From Eledone cirrhosa (lineage: Eukaryota): 64,000 nucleotides of DNA. Location of the stretch: the NCBI GenBank assembly GCA_964016885.1, contig OZ024742.1, positions 307,520,001-307,584,000 on the forward strand, written 5' to 3'. A program made the translations under genes and the position numbers. Below are positions 55,918-64,000 of the stretch, piece after piece (position 1 is the first letter of the stretch; every line of letters starts with the position of its first letter). The notes beneath the pieces are model-generated. The model searched no databases, was not told the origin of the DNA, and was given only the letters and a program-made list of their open reading frames with translations.

Positions 55918-58368
55918 CATTAATTAATGAGGTAAATCGCTAAATTGCCTTCCAGACGGTTTACACATACTGCAGACATTGCATTGATTGTAATTATTAC
56001 AATAAGTCATTACCACACCATCGATCATATTGAGCTAATAATGAATTAAATCTGTGATGTCTTACCACTGCAAATATATGTTGTTGCTGTTGCTGTTGCT
56101 GTCGTTGTTCTAGTTTTTGTTTAGCGACATGTCTACACCGATCTTGAAGATATATTATTAAATGCCTTTCAAATATGATTATTATTTTTTCTAGTAAATT
56201 TCAGACAATGGTTTCAGATATACCGATGTTTTTTAAATCGCGTGACTTGAAGGAAATTTGGCTGATATTTCTAGCAGGTTAAAAATTATTCTCACAGGAA
56301 ACGCTTCCATTTTAATAGAAAAGAACATATTTGTAGTTGTGATTTGGGTGATATGTGACTGCCATTTGTAGTATCTACTTCTATGACTCAAAATAACAGA
56401 CTGTTAACATAGGATGTTTTTTCCCTCATCCTGTCGTATTTAGATGCTTCAATAGTTTTGATACATCTATGAGCATTCATCATTTACAAACTATTAACAC
56501 GGCCTGGGGCAGCTTGGGTATAAAAAAAAGGTGGCTAGGCTGATTTTATTAGTTGCGTATATTGACAGAAAGCGACTAATGAAGAGAGAGAGAGAAATAG
56601 GGAACGTAATAAAGAGAAGTAGAGAGAAAGAGTGAGAAAAGCTAAGTTTAATCTTTCCTCGTTGTGCAATAGTATTGTCAAAGGTTTTTATACGAGGCAA
56701 CACCTTGTTTTCTTACATACTGTATACATGTTATATATTCCTACATGTCATTCCTTTGTTAAGACTCTAGTGTGTGAGTTAAAGAGTTGACTGTTACTTC
56801 TGAATGGTAATAGTTTATCATTGATACCAAATATATTGCAATATAGCTATCAATATTAATTTATACAATGTAAGATACCACAGTCAGTTGTACATTTGGT
56901 GAAGATTATTTTACAGTAACACCCATAAGATTATATACGTTATTAATTTAAATTACGCTAATGTAAAGTTTGTGTCATTCTAGTTGATCCCATATATAAT
57001 CCAATGTTAAGAGGTTCGCTTCTAAATTATTAAGTCCCGAGTTTGAACACACTGCATGGAATCTTGTGCATGAGACTTTGACAATAGCCTTGGGTTGGCG
57101 TACGTCTGTTAGTGAAATTGAGTAAAGAGTAAATGGTCGGAAGCTTGTCAGATGGATTGTATCTATCCGGGGTCACGGCGCGATTTGCGCGTGGGCCCCC
57201 ATTTGCTCATAATAGTGAGGGATGAGGAGAGCGGGAGAGAGAAGGCAGTGATAGTGGGAGTTTGGTTCCTTTGTTTTCGGATCTGGTGTAAATGTATGTT
57301 TCACGGTAAATGTATATGTTTCACTCACGCATTAATTTTAATTCTCTCTAACTCATAGAATAATAATTGTCAATCACTCTGTCACGCTTAATCTCCCAAA
57401 AAATTACGATAACAGTACATATGTCTGCGGAATACTCAGCCACCTGCATTTCATGATCGCGCTGTTCCTTTGATTCAACAACTTGAGCACTCATTGTCAT
57501 ATCCCTGGATGCTCAATCATTCAACAATCCAGTTTCCAATGTATCTGAACGTTAATATGCTCTATGATTAATAATTATTCTAAATGTAAGAGTAATTACA
57601 TTTTTCATGTGAATGTGGTTTCGATTAGTCAAATTATCAATTCTATTCATGTACTGCATTTGTATACAACTCTATTGAACATTGAAACCCAATAGTATTA
57701 ATTTCTTTTAAAATTGATATTTGAACATGTAAGAAAGTGGTAAGAAAGTCAATCAGATATCAAATCCATTTAAACGTTGTATCGATATAAAATTCGCAAA
57801 AAGTATTTTAGTTATTTCGAGTACGAAATTGTAAATTACTCCAATCAGTATATTTCTAAATTCTACTTATTTTATTGATGAAAGGAAACAAGCATTTTAA
57901 AACGTAAAACAATACACTTTATAATGAGGAAGTAAATGCTATTGATTAAAACTATTTCCATTTACTAAAAGAATTTATATACCTAACAATCCTATATCTT
58001 TTATTTAGTTGAGTATATCTCATAGGACCTATATTAAAAACCTTCTTTGTTCATATTTCTCAGCTGCCAATAAATGTTAATATCTATCATTCAGAAAAAA
58101 TTGTACAAAATTACAAAACAAAAAAAAAGGGAACTTTATACATCTGCCAACTCGTGTACTTGATGGCTTCCTGTGTTTTATGTTTCAATTACTGAAGGTT
58201 TCGATTTTTCTTCTTCGATCGAAGTAAGTGTAAACATTAAATGTCTGGACTTCATGCTAAATGTCTTTGCAGGACCAAAGAAATATATATATAAGAGAAG
58301 AAAATACGAAAGAATATTTTTATACAAATAACTTGATAATTGAACTTACGAAATTTAAAAGACTTATG

Positions 58369-61300
58369 GTTTACTACATGAGATAGGGTCACTAGGAGGT
58401 AGGGTAGATGTCATGTCAATATATTTCAAACAACATAGATGTTAGTTTACTACATGAGATAGGGTCACTAGGAGGTAGGGTAGATGTCATGTCAATATCT
58501 CTCAAACAACATAGATGTTAGTTTACTACATGAGATAGGGTCACTAGGAGGAAGGGTAGATGTCATATCAATATCTCTCAAGCAACATAGATGTTAGTTT
58601 ACTACATGAGATAGGGTCACTAGGAGGTAGGGTAGATGTCATGTCAATATCTCTCAAACAACATAGATGTTAGTTTACTACATGAGATAGGGTCACTAGG
58701 AGGTAGGGTAGATGTCATGTCAATATCTCTCAAACAACATAGATGTTAGTTTACTACGTGAGATAGGGTCACTAGGAGGTAGGGTAGATGTCATGTCAAT
58801 ATCTCTCAAGCAACATAGATGTTAGATTACTACATGAGATAGGGTCACTAGGAGGCAGGGTAGATGACATGACAATATCTCTCAAGCAACATAGATGTTA
58901 GTTTACTACATGAGATAGGGTCACTAGGAGGTAGGGTAGATGTCATGTCAATATATTTCAAACAACATAGATGTTAGTTTACTACATGAGATAGGGTCAC
59001 TAGGAGGTAGGGTAGATGTCATGTCAATATATTTCAAACAACATAGATGTTAGTTTACTACATGAGATAGGGTCACTAGGAGGTAGGGTAGATGTCATGT
59101 CAATATATTTCAAACAACATAGATGTTAGTTTACTACATGAGATAGGGTCACTAGGAGGTAGGGTAGATGTCATGTCAATATATTTCAAACAACATAGAT
59201 GTTAGTTTACTACATGAGATAGGGTCACTAGGAGGTAGGGTAGATATTATGTCTATATATTTCAAACAACATAGATGTTAGTTTACTACATGAGATAGGG
59301 TCACTAGGAGGTAGGGTAGATGTCATGTCAATATATTTCAAACAACATAGATGTTAGTTTACTACATGATATAGGGTCACTAGGAAGTAGGGTAGATGTC
59401 ATGTCAATATCTCTCAAACAACATAGATGTTAGTTTACTACATGAGATAGGGTCACTAGGAGGTAGGGTAGATGTCATGTCAATATATTTTAAACAACAT
59501 AGATGTTAGTTTACTACATGAGATAGGGTCACTAGGAGGTAGGGTAGATGTCATGTCAATATATTTCAAACAACATAGATGTTAGTTTATTACATGAGAT
59601 AGGGTCACTATGAGGTAGGGTAGATGTCATGTCAATATATTTCAAACAACATAGATGTTAGTTTACTACATGATATAGGGTCACTAGGAAGTAGGGTAGA
59701 TGTCATGTCAATATCTCTCAAACAACATAGATGTTAGTTTACTACATGAGATAGGGTCACTAGGAGGTAGGGTAGATGTCATGTCAATATATTTTAAACA
59801 ACATAGATGTTAGTTTACGACATGAGATAGGGTCACTAGGAGGTAGGGTAGATGTCATGTCAATATATTTCAAACAACATAGATGTTAGTTTATTACATG
59901 AGATAGGGTCACTAGGAGGTAGGGTAGATGTCATGTCAATATATTTCAAACAACATAGATGTTAGTTTACTACATGATATAGGGTCACTAGGAAGTAGGG
60001 TAGATGTCATGTCAATATCTCTCAAACAACATAGATGTTAGTTTACTACATGAGATAGGGTCACTAGGAGGTAGGGTAGATGTCATGTCAATATATTTTA
60101 AACAACATATATGTTAGTTTACTACATGAGATAGGGTCACTAGGAGGTAGGGTAGATGTCATGTCAATATATTTCAAACAACATAGATGTTAGTTTACTG
60201 CATGAGATAGGGTCACTAGGAGGTAGGGTAGATGTCATGTCTATATATTTGAAACAACATAGATGTTAGTTTACTACATGAGATAGGGTCACTAGGAGGT
60301 AGGGTAGAAGTCATGTCAATATCTCTCAAGCAACATAGATGTTAGTCTACTACATGAGATAGGGTCACTAGGAGGTAGGGTAGATGTCATGTCAATATCT
60401 CTCAAGCAACATATATGTTAGTTTACTACATGAGATAGGGTCACTAGGAGGTAGGGTAGATGTCATGTCTATATATTTGAAACAACATAGATGTTAGTTT
60501 ACTACATGAGATAGGGTCACTAGGAGGTAGGGTAGAAGTCATGTCAATATCTCTCAAGCAACATAGATGTTAGTCTACTACATGAGATAGGGTCACTAGG
60601 AGGTAGGGTAGATGTCATGTCAATATATTTCAAGCAACATAGATGTTAGTTTACTACATGAGATAGGGTCACTAGGAGGTAGGGTAGATGTCATGTCAAT
60701 ATCTCTCAAACAACATAGATGTTAGTTTACTGCATGAGATAGGGTCACTAGGAGGTAGGGTAGAATTCATGTCAATATCTCTCAAGCAACATAGATGTTA
60801 GTTTACTACATGAGATAGGGTCACTAGCAGGTAGGGTAGATGTCATGTCAATATCTCTCAAGCAACATAGATGTTAGTTTACTGCATGAGATAGGGTCAC
60901 TAGGAGGTAGGGTAGATGTCATGTCTATATATTTGAAACAACATAGATGTTAGTTTACTACATGAGATAGGGTCACTAGGAGGTAGGGTAGAAGTCATGT
61001 CAATATCTCTCAAGCAACATAGATGTTAGTCTACTACATGAGATAGGGTCACTAGGAGGTAGGGTAGATGTCATGTCAATATATTTCAAACAACATAGAT
61101 GTTAGTTTACTACATGAGATAGGGTCACTAGGAGGTAGGGTAGATGTCATGTCAATATATTTCAAACAACATAGATGTTAGTCTACTACATGAGATAGGG
61201 TCACTAGGAGTTAGGGTAGATGTCATGTCAATATATTTCAAACAACATAGATGTTAGTCTACTACATGAGATAGGGTCACTAGGAGGTAGGGTAGATGTC

Positions 61301-64000
61301 ATGTCTATATATTTCAAGCGACATAGATGTTAGTTTACTACATGAGATAGGGTCACTAGGAGGTAGGGTAGATGTCATGTCAATATATTTCAAACAACAT
61401 AGATGTTAGTCTACTACATGAGATAGGGTCACTAGGAGGTAGGGTAGATGTCATGTCAATATATTTCAAACAACATAGATGTTAGACTACTACATGAGAT
61501 AGGGTCACTAGGAGGTAGGGTAGATGTCATGTCAATATATTTCAAGCGACATAGATGTTAGTTTACTACATGAGATAGGGTCACTAGGAGGTAGGGTAGA
61601 TGTCATGTCAATATCTCTCAAGCAACATAGATGTTAGTTTACTACATGAGATAGGGTCACTAGGACGTAGGGTAGATGTCATGTCAATATCTCTCATGCA
61701 ACATAGATGTTAGTTTACTACATGAGATAGGGTCACTATGAGGTAGGGTAGATGTCATGTCAATATATTTCAAATAACATAGATGTTAGTTTACTACATG
61801 AGATAGGTTCACTAGGAGGTAGGGTAGATGTCATGTCAATATATTTCAAATAACATAGATGTTAGTTTACTACATGAGATAGGGTCACTAGGAGGTAGGG
61901 TAGGTGTCATGTCAATATCTCTCAAACAACATAGATGTTAGTTTACTGCATGAGATAGGGTCACTAGGAGGTAGGGTAGATGTCATGTCAATATATTTCA
62001 AACAACATAGATGTTAGTTTACTACATGAGATAGGGTCACTAGGAGGTAGGGTAGATGTCATGTCAATATATTTCAAACAACATAGATGTTAGTCTACTA
62101 CATGAGATAGGGTCACTAGGAGGTAGGGTAGATGTCATGTCAATATATTTCAAACAACATAGATGTTAGTCTACTACATGAGATAGGGTCACTAGGAGGT
62201 AGGGTAGATGTCATGTCAATATATTTCAAACAACATAGATGATAGTCTACTACATGAGATAGGGTCACTAGGAGGTAGGGTAGATGTCATGTCAATATAT
62301 TTCAAACAACATAGATGTTAGTTTACTACATGAGATAGGGTCACTAGGAGGTAGGGTAGATGTCATGTCAATATCTCTCAAGCAACATAGATGTTAGTTT
62401 ACTACATGAGATAGGGTCACTAGGAGGTAGGGTAGATGTCATGTCAATATCTCTCAAGCAACATAGATGTTAGTTTACTACATGAAATAGGCTCACTAGG
62501 AGGTAGGGTAGATGTTATGTCTATATATTTGAAACAACATAGATGTTAGTTTACTACATGAGATAGGGTCACTAGGAGGTAGGGTAGAAGTCATGTCAAT
62601 ATCTCTCAAGCAACATAGATGTTAGTTTACTACATGAGATAGGGTCACTAGGAGGTAGGGTAGATGTCATGTCAATATCTCTCAAATAACATAGATGTTA
62701 GTTTACTACATGAGATAGGGTCACTAGGAGGTAGGGTAGATATCATGTCAATATCTCTCAAACAACATAGATGTTAGATTACTACATGAGATAGGGTCAC
62801 TAGGAGGTAGGGTAGATGTCATGTCTATATATTTCAAGCGACATAGATGTTAGTTTACTACATGAGATAGGGTCACTAGGAGGTAGGGTAGATGTCATGT
62901 CAATATATTTCAAACAACATAGATGTTAGTTTACTACATGAGATAGGGTCACTAGGAGGTAGGGTAGATGTCATGTCAATATATTTCAAACAACATAGAT
63001 GATAGTTTACTACATGAGATAGGGTCACTAGGAGGTAGGGTAGATGTCATGTCAATATATTTCAAACAACATAGATGTTAGTTTACTACATGAGATAGGG
63101 TCACTAGGAGGTAGGGTATATGTCATGTCAATATATTTCAAACAACATAGATGTTAGTTTACTACATGAGATAGGGTCACTTGGAGGTAGGGTAGATGTC
63201 ATGTTAATATATTTCAAACAACATAGATGTTAGTTTACTACATGAGATAGGGTCACTAGGAGGTAGGGTAGATGTCATGTCGATATATTTCAAACAACAT
63301 AGGTGTTAGTTTACTACATGAGATAGGGTCTCTAGGAGGTAGGGTATATGTCATGTCAATATATTTCAAACAACATAGATGTTAGTTTACTACATGAGAT
63401 AGGGTCACTAGGAGGTAGGGTAGATGTCATGTCAATATATTTCAAACAACATAGATGTTAGTTTACTACATGAGATAGGGTCACTAGGAGGTAGGGTAGA
63501 TGTCATGTCAATATATTTCAAACAACATAGATGTTAGTTTACTACATGAGATAGGGTCACTAGGAGGTAGGGTAGATGTCATGTCAATATATTTCAAACA
63601 ACATAGATGTTAGTTAACTACATGAGATAGGGTCACTAGGAGGTAGGGTAGATGTCGTGTCAATATCTCTCAAGCAACATAGACGTTAGTTTACTACATG
63701 AGATAGGATCACATGGTGGTAGGGTAGATGTCATGTCAATATATTTCAAGCAACATAGATGTTAGTTTACTACATGAGATAGGGTCACTAGGAGGTAGGG
63801 TAGATGTCATGTCTATATATTTCAAACGACATAGATGTTAGTTTACTACATGAGATAGGGTCACTAGGAGGTAGGGTAGATGTCATTTCAATATATTTCA
63901 AGAGACATAGATGTTAGTTTACTACATGAGATAGGGTCACTATGAGGTAGGGTAGATGTCATGTCAATATATTTCAAACAACATAGATGATAGTTTACTA
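58369..64000. repeat. 76-bp tandem satellite, ~74 units, runs off the window end
   Basis: Unit GTTTACTACATGAGATAGGGTCACTAGGAGGTAGGGTAGATGTCATGTCAATAT(ATTT/CTCT)CAA(A/G)CAACATAGATGTTA. Confidence 0.98.

Noticed and set aside
58369-64000. CRISPR-like appearance of the regular array
   Set aside because: Units repeat head-to-tail with no unique spacers; eukaryotic context; no cas genes.

Overview
AT-rich eukaryotic (animal) intergenic or intronic DNA saturated with (TA)n, (CA)n and (GA)n microsatellites. The repeat landscape suggests a cephalopod such as octopus, but that is inference. No host protein-coding gene could be supported, and most ORF-track entries are microsatellite artefacts. The window holds: (i) several Penelope-like retroelements (PLEs; RT + GIY-YIG) of at least two clades. 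One is an intact 737-aa Hydra-clade-like ORF inside a ~7.2-kb inverted duplication. Another is a Neptune-like element with an Asn-rich insert, bracketed by 0.67-kb inverted tails. (ii) About a dozen hammerhead ribozyme (HHR) motifs, found by eye, in PLE 3' tails and in short non-coding modules between (TA)n tracts, usually directly followed by AATAAA; one may be a permuted (type II) HHR. (iii) A complete 3.36-kb hAT (Buster/Charlie-type) transposon with TIRs and a perfect 8-bp TSD, plus hAT MITEs. (iv) Two tRNA-derived SINE families, one showing a consistent ATAAT insertion-site signature. (v) A 76-bp satellite array with higher-order structure from 58369 to the window end. All structures were read manually; no folding program or database search was run.
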